From Octopus bimaculoides (taxonomy: Eukaryota), in NCBI RefSeq assembly GCF_001194135.2, contig NC_068983.1, forward strand, positions 164,546,141-164,579,771: a stretch of DNA of 33,631 bases. The letters are read 5' to 3'. The notes beneath the pieces were generated by a model. The model saw nothing but the letters and a program-made list of their open reading frames with translations, made no database searches and was not told where the DNA came from. A program made the translations under genes and the position numbers. Of the stretch, positions 10,700 to 22,511 are shown in pieces. Position 1 is the first letter of the stretch. The number at the start of each line of letters is the position of its first letter.

Positions 10700-11330
10700 A
10701 CTAATTCGATCGAAGAGGTGAGCAGCTGAAAGAGCGGTCAAACGAATGCTGCCCATAAATGTTTAACTCGTCATCGTCCAGGAATTTCTGAAGACGAGTC
10801 AAGCATAGCTCATGCCATTGCATTATTGTCCATGCTATTTCCAGCTCTCTTGTGTATTTTCTGGCAGTACTATAGACCCACTGACCAATGGAAATTGACC
10901 TTTCCACAAGAAGTAAAACAGCTACAGACTAGTCACATGCTTTCTGGTTTAAGACAGTCAGATCACAATAAAATAGCCGAAACCGTTTTTCATTTTAACA
11001 GCTGAATTCATTTCTGATTGAGCTTGGCAACTCTGATCGCAAACTCTTCTCAGTGTTTACCAATCTAGGGGCATGTTTCAGCACCTTATTTGAAGTGTCG
11101 GTCCAGTAATACAAGGCACGTATCGAATCAAAATGCATCCACTGTTCCCGGTTAATGTCGCCCCTTATTGTTTAAAATCATATCAAATATATCCACTAAT
11201 GAAGATCATAAGATGGCAAGGTCACTATCCACCTTCTCATAGAACACTATCTGCCTGGTTTCGAGCCAAGCTGGTCGAAAGACCATGAACGAAATTGCAC
11301 AGAAAATGATGCTCGATTGCATATGTAACT
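10700..11330 (+). mobile_element. Decayed RTE-like LINE RT remnant
   Basis: Ordered motif-like pieces EQLKER (10720), YYRP (10868), SGLRQS, LKSYQIYPLMKIIR (11172-11213, cf. LKSYGIPPKLIR) and LSAWF. Many frameshifts. Confidence 0.4.
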
Positions 11331-11667
11331 GCTCATACTCTGTTAAATGGAAACACGTGTAGGTCGTTGTAACCATAAAAAATATGCTGTATAATACTGA
11401 AAAATAGGAGCAAATAAATTTTGAGGATGTACCAGGGGCCATATTCACACGCATAGACACACACGCGTGCGCGCCCACACACATGTCTATGTATATACAT
11501 ATACATACATGCAAATGTATGCATATATATATATTTCTTTTGAGATGGGATGCCTGAACTCGCTAGCCGATGAATTCGTAAGTGCCTTTTCTTCTCGTTG
11601 ATTTTTGGCGTCGCATGGCCAGAAATTACTGTGAATTTTTTAGAGACACTTTCAGATTTATCAGAAT

Positions 11668-11725
11668 ATTGGGCTGATGAGACGGAATAGATTAATATCT
11701 TAACCGCGAAACGTTCGTATCCAAT
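11668..11725 (+). ncRNA. Type I hammerhead ribozyme motif, intact core
   Basis: AUUGGG-CUGAUGA(11674-80)-G.CGG...CCGC-GAA(11708-10)-AC(guuc)GU-A-UCCAAU. Stem I has 6 bp including G-U, stem II has a bulge and long loop, stem III is minimal and quasi-palindromic, and the triplet is GUA. Confidence 0.65.
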
Positions 11726-11899
11726 TAACTAAAGGCAGGTTTGTTTTTGCTTTTCACTCTGGTTTTTTGTTCTATGTGCGCCATAAATATCGCCATCCAT
11801 TTAGAGAAAAATTTGTAGTTTAGAATCAGTAGTTTTTTGACTGCTATTTCTAAATTTTCAGTATGTTGGAGAAGCAACTCAATGCTAATCCCTGTATAT

Positions 11900-12085
11900 N
11901 NNNNNNNNNNNNNNNNNNNNNNNNNNNNNNNNNNNNNNNNNNNNNNNNNNNNNNNNNNNNNNNNNNNNNNNNNNNNNNNNNNNNNNNNNNNNNNNNNNNN
12001 NNNNNNNNNNNNNNNNNNNNNNNNNNNNNNNNNNNNNNNNNNNNNNNNNNNNNNNNNNNNNNNNNNNNNNNNNNNNNNNNNNNNN
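11900..12085. other. Assembly gap (N run)
   Basis: N run flanked by (TA)n. Confidence 1.
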
Positions 12086-12120
<35 letters not shown>

Positions 12121-12243
12121 ATATATATAGATATATATAGATATACGCATACATATATATGCTACTGTAGTTTATAGCTCCAGGAAGACATCTACTCCAG
12201 CTGGCTAACGACACTGTCTGTGCCCGATTAGTATTTGCGAAGG

Positions 12244-12355
12244 GAAATCATCGTTCTCATCTCTAGCCTGACGCAATACACATGGACCTGAGTTTCTAGG
12301 TAGTAACCCGTCATCAGCGAGCGACAATCACCGGCTAGGGATGAGAAGTGATTTC
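12244..12355 (-). ncRNA. Hammerhead-core motif enclosed in a long hairpin
   Basis: Minus strand CUGAUGA (12317-11), stem II GGGU/ACCU, GAAAC-ucag-GUC (12296-85). The outer arms 12254-12268/12333-12347 pair at 14 of 15 positions, plus 12244-50/12349-55. The proximal stem I is imperfect. Confidence 0.5.
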
Positions 12356-12786
12356 TAACGCAAAATACTGTACGCTTTTTCCAGTAACAAAACCTCTTCA
12401 AAAAGGAGAAACAAGCAATAATAAATCTCTGTTTACATCTTGCTCAGAGATTTATTATTGCACATATATATATATATATACCTCATCTCACATCGTATCA
12501 ATGAACACATACGTTTAACTTGTCTGATGAAACTTGAAAGCAAATAAAATAATCACATGAGATCAAGCAGAGTTAATATGGAGCAGAATATTATGAACAG
12601 AGGAAAATAGAAGTGTTCATTAAAAATGGATGTGTCCAGATGAATGGAAACACCTACTTAAAGTAACATATGATTAGGTCAAAGATAAAGAATATATTAG
12701 TAAAAGAAGTTTCTGCAGTAAAGTTTGTTCATAATAATATTCAACCAGAATATCAACAGTGTATATATATATATATATATATATAT

Positions 12787-13610
12787 NNNNNNNNNNNNNN
12801 NNNNNNNNNNNNNNNNNNNNNNNNNNNNNNNNNNNNNNNNNNNNNNNNNNNNNNNNNNNNNNNNNNNNNNNNNNNNNNNNNNNNNNNNNNNNNNNNNNNN
12901 NNNNNNNNNNNNNNNNNNNNNNNNNNNNNNNNNNNNNNNNNNNNNNNNNNNNNNNNNNNNNNNNNNNNNNNNNNNNNNNNNNNNNNNNNNNNNNNNNNNN
13001 NNNNNNNNNNNNNNNNNNNNNNNNNNNNNNNNNNNNNNNNNNNNNNNNNNNNNNNNNNNNNNNNNNNNNNNNNNNNNNNNNNNNNNNNNNNNNNNNNNNN
13101 NNNNNNNNNNNNNNNNNNNNNNNNNNNNNNNNNNNNNNNNNNNNNNNNNNNNNNNNNNNNNNNNNNNNNNNNNNNNNNNNNNNNNNNNNNNNNNNNNNNN
13201 NNNNNNNNNNNNNNNNNNNNNNNNNNNNNNNNNNNNNNNNNNNNNNNNNNNNNNNNNNNNNNNNNNNNNNNNNNNNNNNNNNNNNNNNNNNNNNNNNNNN
13301 NNNNNNNNNNNNNNNNNNNNNNNNNNNNNNNNNNNNNNNNNNNNNNNNNNNNNNNNNNNNNNNNNNNNNNNNNNNNNNNNNNNNNNNNNNNNNNNNNNNN
13401 NNNNNNNNNNNNNNNNNNNNNNNNNNNNNNNNNNNNNNNNNNNNNNNNNNNNNNNNNNNNNNNNNNNNNNNNNNNNNNNNNNNNNNNNNNNNNNNNNNNN
13501 NNNNNNNNNNNNNNNNNNNNNNNNNNNNNNNNNNNNNNNNNNNNNNNNNNNNNNNNNNNNNNNNNNNNNNNNNNNNNNNNNNNNNNNNNNNNNNNNNNNN
13601 NNNNNNNNNN
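12787..13610. other. Assembly gap (N run)
   Basis: N run flanked by (TA)n. Confidence 1.
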
Positions 13611-13655
13611 TATATATGTATATGCACAAAAGATTAAAAGGACTATATATATATA

Positions 13656-13719
<64 letters not shown>

Positions 13720-14452
13720 CGTGTGTGTGTACATATCATACGAGTAAGATCGTGTGGAAAATAGAAGACTAATGAATAATTCATGAACGATTAAGAAAGC
13801 GTAGAAAGGAGACGTGAAAGAACAACAATCAAAGATTTATTCAATAAGCATAAATACACCTAAGAAAGAAAGAAAAAGAGCAATATGACATTTCAGATAA
13901 CTTTTACCCGTGAGAAACAATATAAAAGTGAAGAGAAGAGAAAACTATGTGAGATCCAGAATTGAAGTTGTTTGTTTATGTAGCAGGGATACGGTAACAG
14001 CAATAGAAGTTAGTGAGTAAAAAAATGGATATAAAACGAAAACAAAAATATAAATACAGCAAAAGGAACCAGAAAGACAAATACACATATAAACAAAATA
14101 GCACTACAGGCATGTCCTCCCCTAACTATCAAAGAATCCAACAACCCACCTCTGGGGGTGGGTTCCCTTCCTAGGCGTATTAATGCCCTTTTTTCCTTTA
14201 AGGGTGTTTATTTGTCTTAATATCAGACTATTTTCTAGAGTTAATATACGGTGAAATCTTATAAATCGAATTAGAAAATATTTGTAACAGATGAGAGCTG
14301 TAACTATTCTGCGAAGTAATGTTTATCGCCACTTAAACACGGCTGATCAGTAGCCTCCTCCAGCTGGTTATTCGACGCAATCTGCACCCGATATATATAT
14401 TGCAAACAGGGGAGTAATCAGGGAAGTAAACCTATACCATCTAGCCACGAGG

Positions 14453-14506
14453 CCACCAGACGGTACGGTACGGTTTCGACCTCTTTGTGGTCTTCCTCGG
14501 TGGTGG
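14453..14506 (-). ncRNA. Type I hammerhead ribozyme motif with U4C core substitution
   Basis: Minus strand CCACCA-CCGAGGA-A-GACC(acaaaga)GGUC-GAAAC-cguaccguacc-GUC-UGGUGG. Stem I is a perfect 6 bp and stem II 4 bp, with a GUC triplet. Confidence 0.65.
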
Positions 14507-15706
14507 ATAGTCACCCGCTAGACATAGCCGTAGTATAGTTAATTCTCTTATATCTTACAGAGATTTTTTTAACTAGCAAATGTTCTTGTTGCAGGATCAG
14601 TGACTGTGTGTCGCTTGGTTTTCTATACATTGAGAACTGGAGTGAATTACTTTAGATTTAGTTTTAAATAGACAGACATTTCACCTCTCTCGACATCGAA
14701 AATAGTTGTAGTTCTGTTTTCGCCGTAATACAGCCATAGATATATATAGATATGATTATAATTGTTTGGTAGAAAATCTAGTCATTAAAAAACTTTCATT
14801 GATAGTGTTAGTGTAAGATAATACAGTCTGCTTGAAAAATCTATTTATACGTATACGTACGCACGCACACGCTCGCGCGCGCACACACATACACGAATGA
14901 CGGGCTAAATGGTTGAAACTTTGAAAATTTGAAGCCACTGTGAATACCATATTCCGGAGTCGGAGGCCAGAGGCATGTTGGAGAGCCATCGGTGGCAGAT
15001 ATAGGAGAGTGTTCAGTAGACAAAAGGGGTAAGAGATGAGGTTGAAAGTACGGGAAGGATGACAATGGAAGTGGTTCCAATGAGAGGGACAACTGGAAGG
15101 AAAACCTAGAGGTGGAATATACGTTCTTCTACACTCTGTAGCAGGGAGCTGGAAATAGCTGGCGCTAAACTTGGTACGTTTGATATTGCATGAAAATGAT
15201 TGAAGTGCTCAAACATTTTGAAGATGCTATGTGCATTGTCTTGGTAAATTGTTGAATTCACGGCAGATAAAGATCGAGCCAGACATTTTAATTCTATAAC
15301 CATTGAAGATGCTTGTCGTTAGACGACATGTCATAACAGACTACCTAGTCGACATTTGAAGATGGTTGACATTCCTGCCTTTATCAAACCTGCTCGATTA
15401 AGACAGATTTTCATTTTGCAAGGATTCCCAAATTCCCCTTTCATATCAATCAAGCTGGGTAGATTCGACGTTTTAGTCGCGGATGGCTCGGTGATGTACT
15501 GATTATTCGGGATTACATATTTACAAGTAGCATATCTTTGGTAAAGTCTCTGAACGATTATAGATATTACCGTTTTGTTTCAAAGTACACACGAATGGGA
15601 TGACATTTAACCTTTAGCAGAGCGGCTGTTTGCTTCCAGTTATTCAAATAAGAGAAAATAAATTTATATAGAAAATATAATCTTATTTAGAAAATGGAAT
15701 TATAAA

Positions 15707-15758
15707 TACATACACACACACACACACACACACACATATGTGTGTGTATATATATATG

Positions 15759-15789
<31 letters not shown>

Positions 15790-15840
15790 ATACATATACA
15801 CACACACATACGTACATACATATATATTATATTTACATGC

Positions 15841-15916
<76 letters not shown>

Positions 15917-15990
15917 TGGGTGTGGGTGTGAGTGTATGTATATATATGTGGGTGTGGGTGTATGTGTGTATGTGTATATACGTGTAAGTG
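15707..15990. repeat. Compound (CA)/(TA)/(TG) microsatellite block
   Basis: Seen directly. Confidence 0.95.
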
Positions 15991-16559
15991 TGTAATTGAT
16001 GACACCAATAATTTAAAGGGTGTGAAGTACAGATGCGAGTGAAACAATTGAATGTTTACGTAGGGGGCATAACTCTATTGATCATATTCTTATTTTGAAA
16101 TGTCACCATCAGTTGTGAGTGTTTTGTTGAAAATTTTCTGAATTTACAGTAATATCTTTCGACAATATTTCATGTAAGATAAGATTAAACACAAATATAG
16201 ATCTTTCTTTGAGAATATTTTATCAAAACCTGACAGACTTTGACAAGTTATACAAAGCCTCTTTTAATTATTGTTTTCAGCTTAATATCAGACGATATTA
16301 CACACTAGCTTTGTACTCAGCTCCTTCATTTTAAAATCGTCTTTTCATATCAGCGCTAGTGTTATCTGAATAGCTAAGAACCATGATCCAAAAAGAGAGA
16401 GAGAGAGAGCGTGTGTGTGTGTAAGAGTGTGTGTGCGTGTGAGAGAGAGATATAGAGAGAGACAGAGAGAATTATTATAAGATTTTACTACGTTTCTCTA
16501 TCTCTCATTTTCACCTATCTCTGTCTCTTTCACTCTCATCGTGTATATAAGTGTGCGTG

Positions 16560-16597
<38 letters not shown>

Positions 16598-16908
16598 TAC
16601 ATATGCTGTATTTGTTTCTTATTGCATCTGATTTTTATTGATCTTCTATAATAATGAAACTGTATCCCTTATTTTGCTGCTTTTCTATACACAAACCGAG
16701 AAGAGAACTTGCGGAACAGACATTATTTTAGAAATATACATCTTGTAATCACCTGAAGAGACACATCTACACCGACGAGGACTCCTAAACGAGTTTTTCA
16801 GTAATCTCATCCGTGAAGAATCGAAGCTAGATGGACTGACGCAATGTAATTATCAGTAAACATTCTCATATCTTCCATCTTCCATCACTCATATCATGTG
16901 TGTGTGTG

Positions 16909-16970
<62 letters not shown>

Positions 16971-17285
16971 NNNNNNNNNNNNNNNNNNNNNNNNNNNNNN
17001 NNNNNNNNNNNNNNNNNNNNNNNNNNNNNNNNNNNNNNNNNNNNNNNNNNNNNNNNNNNNNNNNNNNNNNNNNNNNNNNNNNNNNNNNNNNNNNNNNNNN
17101 NNNNNNNNNNNNNNNNNNNNNNNNNNNNNNNNNNNNNNNNNNNNNNNNNNNNNNNNNNNNNNNNNNNNNNNNNNNNNNNNNNNNNNNNNNNNNNNNNNNN
17201 NNNNNNNNNNNNNNNNNNNNNNNNNNNNNNNNNNNNNNNNNNNNNNNNNNNNNNNNNNNNNNNNNNNNNNNNNNNNNNNNNNNNN
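16971..17285. other. Assembly gap (N run)
   Basis: N run after (TG)n. Confidence 1.
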
Positions 17286-17349
17286 TATATATACTTTCCA
17301 CCTCTTTTACTTTTCTTCCTCTTTCTTGATTGTCCTGAAACCTCTCTCG

Positions 17350-17388
<39 letters not shown>

Positions 17389-17660
17389 GTTCTCGCTCTC
17401 TCTCTCTCTCTCTCTCTATCTCTTCCTCCTCTTTGCTTTTCTTTCTCTCTTCCTCACTGACAATTTCAGCAAAGAGCGGAATTTCGATGACAAGCTGTAT
17501 GTAAGATCACTTTAACACGTTATTGTTTGTTTCTCTTCCTTTTTCGAATATCTTTCTTGGAACTCATGTAACACTTCAGAAAACATTACACAAGAAAATA
17601 TTGTCGGCGGCGTCGTAGGAAATGTGAGAAACTATTTCTTAATAAATCTTTTAACGACAT

Positions 17661-17878
17661 GACTACGAACTGGCAGAATCGTCAGCACACCAGATAAAAT
17701 GCTTACCGCCGTTTCGTCCGTCTTTACGTTCTGAGTTCAAATTCCGCCGACGTCGATTTTGTCTTTCCTTCTTTCGGGATCAATGAAATAAGCACGAGTA
17801 AAGAACTCCGGTCGATGTAATCGACTTATCCTCTCACCGAAAATTGCTGACCTTGTGCTAAAATGTCAAACCAATAAT
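17661..17878 (+). mobile_element. SINE family B, full length
   Basis: GAACTGGCAGAATCGTCAGCAC head, CTGAGTTCAAATTCCGCCGACGTCGATTTTGTCTTTCC core and GTCGATGTAATCGACT. Confidence 0.88.
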
Positions 17879-17892
17879 CCCTTAATGATAAA

Positions 17893-18053
17893 TCAGTGAG
17901 CTAGTTGGATCGTTAACACTCTGGGAAAAATGCTTATCAACATTTCTTCCATCTTTACTTTCTGAGTTCAAATTCCGCTGAGATTCACTTTGTCTTTCAT
18001 CCTCTCGGGGTCGATGTAATGCTGCTGCGCTTGTGACTAAATCTGAAACCAAT
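17893..18053 (+). mobile_element. SINE family B with internal deletion, tandem with previous
   Basis: CAGTGAGCTAG head, CTGAGTTCAAATTCCGCTGAG core and GGGGTCGATGTAAT. Confidence 0.8.
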
Positions 18054-18059
18054 TTATCT

Positions 18060-18780
18060 CTTAAAGGTAGCATAATATAATGTGGCAGATATTGTTGCTT
18101 TTACTGCTCCATTGGGGTGGCCATGGAAAGGCTTGTTTTTATGAGATTTTTTTCCTCATCGTTAACTTACGTTGTTCAATAATGTGTAGTTTTCACTGTT
18201 AGTTTAGGAGGCGAGTTGGAAATCGAATTAAATTTCCTGTGATAGTTTTGTTGCTGACGTGATAAATGGCTTATTACCTTTTGTGCTATTATACTCAACA
18301 TCAACGTGTTCTTGGTCTTATTACGAGTTGAACAGGTAGTAATAAACAAGATTAATTAACCGCCTTCTTAAATTACTTCTTCACACTGAAGTGGTAGTCC
18401 ACCATTACTTTTCCTTCTCCTGATGTAATTACGTGGGGTTCTTTTAGTAGATTTCTGCTATATTCCAATCCAATTCGGCAGACCCATATGTTATCGTTAT
18501 CGCTGCAAATGTGTTATTGGCACAGATACTACTCCTGCTTTTAAAATGAATTTATAAATGCTTTGACTTAAAATATTCCTTTCTTCTCATTCCTTTTTCT
18601 ACATAGTTCACGCATAGCTTTAACTTCAGCTTTAATTAAGTATATAAGAGAAATTACAATTGTTCACGGCTAGTGTTATCTCTTCTTACCGACATAAATT
18701 ATTTACTTGCCTGTTTGTTATTGCCATCTCAAACACTTTCTTGTGCAAAATACATCTTAATATCCTTGAGAAGAGTTTCG
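18060..18780 (-). mobile_element. Old R4/Dong-like retrotransposon remnant (RT C-terminal/linker region)
   Basis: Minus-strand pieces in order: DIKMYF, ANNTFAAITITYGSAELDWNIAEI (cf. AINTFAVPVITYSFG.INW), EGG and KPFHG (cf. KPLHGQ). Many disablements. Confidence 0.5.
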
Positions 18781-18799
18781 CGTCGGGTTCAGCATATGG

Positions 18800-18910
<111 letters not shown>

Positions 18911-19388
18911 TGCCTTCGCATAGCTTCTAACGCTGGAGATGTATTACAGTGTCAGCTGTTCACTACCATTGAACTAAGGTAACACCCCTTATTTTTCGAG
19001 CACCTTCCGGAGTATTCCAGCGGTAACAAGCAGTGCTGTTTTATGCAAGTGCTCCACCCTAACTACAGCTCATATTTGTTCCATGTACTTCTCAAGATTT
19101 TTACTCACTGCTCCCAGGGCTCCAACAATTATTGGTACTACTACCACTAACTTTTTCATCGACCACAACTGCTTAACCTCCCAGCCAACCTATCAGATCT
19201 ATCGACTTTTCCGTCTTCCTTATCACATACCTTGTTGTCAGCTGGGCATGCTATATCTATGATCCAGCATCGTTTGCTTTCTTTCTCAATTAACACTATA
19301 TCTGATTTCCTATTCTCTATCTCATGGTCCCACTGAATCATGAAATCCTATAGGATCTTTGCATTATCATTTTCGATAACGCTTTCTT
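18911..19388 (-). mobile_element. R4/Dong-like RLE non-LTR retrotransposon, 5'-truncated 3' end
   Basis: Minus translation ENDNAKIL*DFMIQWDHEIENRKSDIVLIEKESKRCWIIDIACPADNKV...VVVPIIVGALGAVSKNLEKYMEQI...TAGILRKVLEK* is a PD..D-type REL domain, followed by a short 3' UTR and (TAA)n. Confidence 0.85.
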
Positions 19389-19403
19389 ATTTATGTTCGT
19401 ATC

Positions 19404-19436
19404 ATTATTATTATAATAATAATTATTATTATTATT

Positions 19437-19481
<45 letters not shown>

Positions 19482-19486
19482 AGTAG
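19404..19486. repeat. (ATT)n(ATC)n(AGC)n compound microsatellite
   Basis: Seen directly. Confidence 0.95.
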
Positions 19487-19617
19487 CAACGATTGTCGTT
19501 GTTTTTTGGGCGATAGATTGAAAGAATCTTTGGAGAGCCAGACATGATGCAATGCGTTATTTGTCCTGGTTCTGGCTTCATATCCAGCTGAGGTCATCTT
19601 TGCATTATCATTGTCGG

Positions 19618-19715
19618 GATCGATCAAATAAAGTACAATTCAAACAATTGGGTCGATTGCATTGACCAAGCCCCTTCCCTCAAAATTGACCTTGTGCCTA
19701 AACTAGGAACGATTT
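19618..19715 (+). mobile_element. SINE family B, 3' fragment
   Basis: GGGATCGATCAAATAAAGTAC...GGGTCGATTGCATTGAC...CCTTGTGCCTAAACTAGGAACGATT. Confidence 0.65.
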
Positions 19716-20227
19716 GTTTTTTTCTCTTCGGTAAATACATGCGGGTTTCTTCTACACCCTATTTGTGCACCTCCATGTTCCTGAGTTGTGAGCAGCAACC
19801 AGTTCTCCATTTGTTTAGGATTGGAGGATGGAAGACTCGTCTTCGTCTACAATCAGTTTGTTTTGTTATAGAGTTGTAGTTTATTGTTTGCTGTAACATT
19901 AGTGATTAATCTGTTGTGTGTGCTGTGTGTGTAATGTGAATTGCTATGTCTTGGAGCTTTAATCTTGGATAAGACATGTCGCGTGAGTTATGCTGCTATG
20001 AATTATTAGGTGATTATTGAATAGCGTATGTGCTGCATGTGAAAATTACTCTATTATTATTATTATCATCCTCATCATCATCATTATTATTATTATTACT
20101 ATTATTATTATTATTATTATTATTCAGTAGTTTTATTTTTATAACGTGCTTTCATTTCACTACCGAGCGCAGCTCTGTGCGCCTTGGGTATGTGCTGTGG
20201 TTTGCTGTGGTGCTCTTATGTTTACTG

Positions 20228-20291
<64 letters not shown>

Positions 20292-20297
20292 TTTATT

Positions 20298-20580
20298 GTC
20301 TTTGCACAGCTTCTAACGCCGGAGATGTACTACAGTGTCAGCTATTCGCTACCAGTGAACTAAGGCAACACCTCTTATTTTTCGAGCACCTTCCGGAGTA
20401 TTCGATCGGTTCCAAGCAGTGCTGTTTTCTGCAAGTGTTCCCTCCTTATTGCAACCCATATTTGTTCCACGTACTTCTCAAGATTTTTACTCATTGTTCC
20501 CAGGGCTCCGACAATTATTGGTACTACAGCTACCTTTCTCATCGACCATAACTATTTAACCTCCCAAGCTAACCTGTCAT
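20298..20580 (-). mobile_element. R4/Dong-like 3' end, second copy of the 18911 family
   Basis: Colinear with 18911-19190 (CTTCTAACGC.GGAGATGTA.TACAGTGTCAGCT...CCCAGGGCTCC.ACAATTATTGGTACTAC); (ATT)n on both sides. Confidence 0.88.
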
Positions 20581-20608
20581 ATTATTATTATTATTATTAT
20601 AATTATTA

Positions 20609-20675
<67 letters not shown>

Positions 20676-20682
<7 letters not shown>

Positions 20683-21273
20683 TTCGCCTTAGCGAAGGAG
20701 GAGGTATTGATTTTCAGTCGTGTTCGTTTGTTTGTCCGTGGAAACGATATCCCAAGAACCGCTGGATGGATTCGGATGAAACTTTCAGGGATGCTTGGCC
20801 TCGTGACTGGCACGAACTGATTAGATTTTGGGATCGATCCGGTACCGGACAATGATTCTGGATTATTTGTTATATTTAGTTTATTTTACATGATTACGAT
20901 CTTACGTTAACTTTCAAGTCTTTCTCAGTTATCTCCCTTTAGGCTGTAACTATTTTGAATGGTGAAATTGTTAACTTTGGCTTGTATTAGATAAGAGTAA
21001 ACTATTTATTACTCTTACTAAATTTTCTGCAAATACCTTCACATTCCATGACTACCATTGAGATCGATCCGGTAATTGACAAGCATTCTGAATTGTTTTT
21101 CCGATTTTTTAACTTAATTTTTGAGAGCAGTCGGATTCATTTTTAGTATTCCCGTTTGTGAGAGCAGTCGAGATTATTTCAGATATTCTCATTTTAAAAA
21201 CATCACTGGCTAATTGTTGAGAGGACGTTGGTGTTGCCGTACTGGAGGTTTGTGCTCTCAGAGTGCTCCTGTT
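20676..21273 (+). mobile_element. DINE-1/HINE-like non-autonomous Helentron-type element
   Basis: The 5' end TTATTACCTTCGCC has a CCTTCGC/GCGAAGG hairpin (20681-98) followed by a (TTTG) microsatellite. An internal direct repeat of about 40 bp (GATCGATCCGGTA..GACAA..ATTCTG) occurs at about 20830 and 21060. The 3' GGAGGTTTGTGCTCTCAGAGTGC has a sub-terminal IR and imperfect palindrome. The architecture is typical of HINEs. Confidence 0.65.
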
Positions 21274-21281
21274 GTTGCTGT

Positions 21282-21413
<132 letters not shown>

Positions 21414-21477
21414 ATCAAAATTAAAAGAAGAGTGCCATTGTTATCTAGTGAATGATATTTCGACATCTTGTGTGTCT

Positions 21478-21961
21478 NNNNNNNNNNNNNNNNNNNNNNN
21501 NNNNNNNNNNNNNNNNNNNNNNNNNNNNNNNNNNNNNNNNNNNNNNNNNNNNNNNNNNNNNNNNNNNNNNNNNNNNNNNNNNNNNNNNNNNNNNNNNNNN
21601 NNNNNNNNNNNNNNNNNNNNNNNNNNNNNNNNNNNNNNNNNNNNNNNNNNNNNNNNNNNNNNNNNNNNNNNNNNNNNNNNNNNNNNNNNNNNNNNNNNNN
21701 NNNNNNNNNNNNNNNNNNNNNNNNNNNNNNNNNNNNNNNNNNNNNNNNNNNNNNNNNNNNNNNNNNNNNNNNNNNNNNNNNNNNNNNNNNNNNNNNNNNN
21801 NNNNNNNNNNNNNNNNNNNNNNNNNNNNNNNNNNNNNNNNNNNNNNNNNNNNNNNNNNNNNNNNNNNNNNNNNNNNNNNNNNNNNNNNNNNNNNNNNNNN
21901 NNNNNNNNNNNNNNNNNNNNNNNNNNNNNNNNNNNNNNNNNNNNNNNNNNNNNNNNNNNNN
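21478..21961. other. Assembly gap (N run)
   Basis: N run followed by (GAA)n. Confidence 1.
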
Positions 21962-22057
21962 AGAAGAAGAAGAAGAAGAAGAAGAAGAAGAAGAAGAAGA
22001 AGAAGAAGAAGAAGAAGAAGAAGAAGAAGAAGAAGAAGAAGAAGAAGAAGAAGAAGA
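21962..22057. repeat. (GAA)n microsatellite
   Basis: Seen directly. Confidence 0.97.
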
Positions 22058-22399
22058 ATGCGGGTGTGGTATGATAGTAGTGGGATGTTAAATGGTCAAG
22101 CGCCCTGAAAGTGAATTGTTGTGGATGATTGTAGTGATTGAATTCTCGAGATATCTCTTTTGAATGTATTGCCTTTTATATTTTTTTCGTGGGTATTATT
22201 CTAAATAGCAGTAGTAGTAAAGTAAGGAAGGAGGTGGCGGATAGAAAGACGAAGAAGAAGAAGGAGAAAAATAGAAAGAATAATAAAAGAATGCAAGAGT
22301 GGTATGATAGTAGTAGGATGTTAAATGGTGAAGTGACCTAAAAGTGGCTCGCCGTGGATTATAGTAGCGTTTGGGACCGTTTTTAATGAATTCTTTTTG

Positions 22400-22511
22400 C
22401 TAGGTGAGGCTCTAGTAGAAGACACTTACCCAAGGTGTCATACAGCAGGATTAAACCCGGAACCATGTGGTTGGTATGCGAGATACTTACCACACAGTCG
22501 CTCCTGCGCCT
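22400..22511 (-). mobile_element. SINE family A, tRNA-like head only
   Basis: TAGTAGAAGACACTTACCCAAGG...AACCCGGAACCATGTGGTTGG...CTTACCACACAGTCGCTCCTGCGCCT. Confidence 0.85.

Noticed and set aside
12526-12550. CTGATGA aactt GAAA
   Set aside because: No credible stems I-III.
14143-14164. AACCCACC/GGTGGGTT 8-bp hairpin
   Set aside because: Too short to be meaningful on its own; not a terminator in this context.
14930-15130. Possible LINE C-terminal motif EGQLEGKPRG
   Set aside because: A single weak motif without supporting neighbours.
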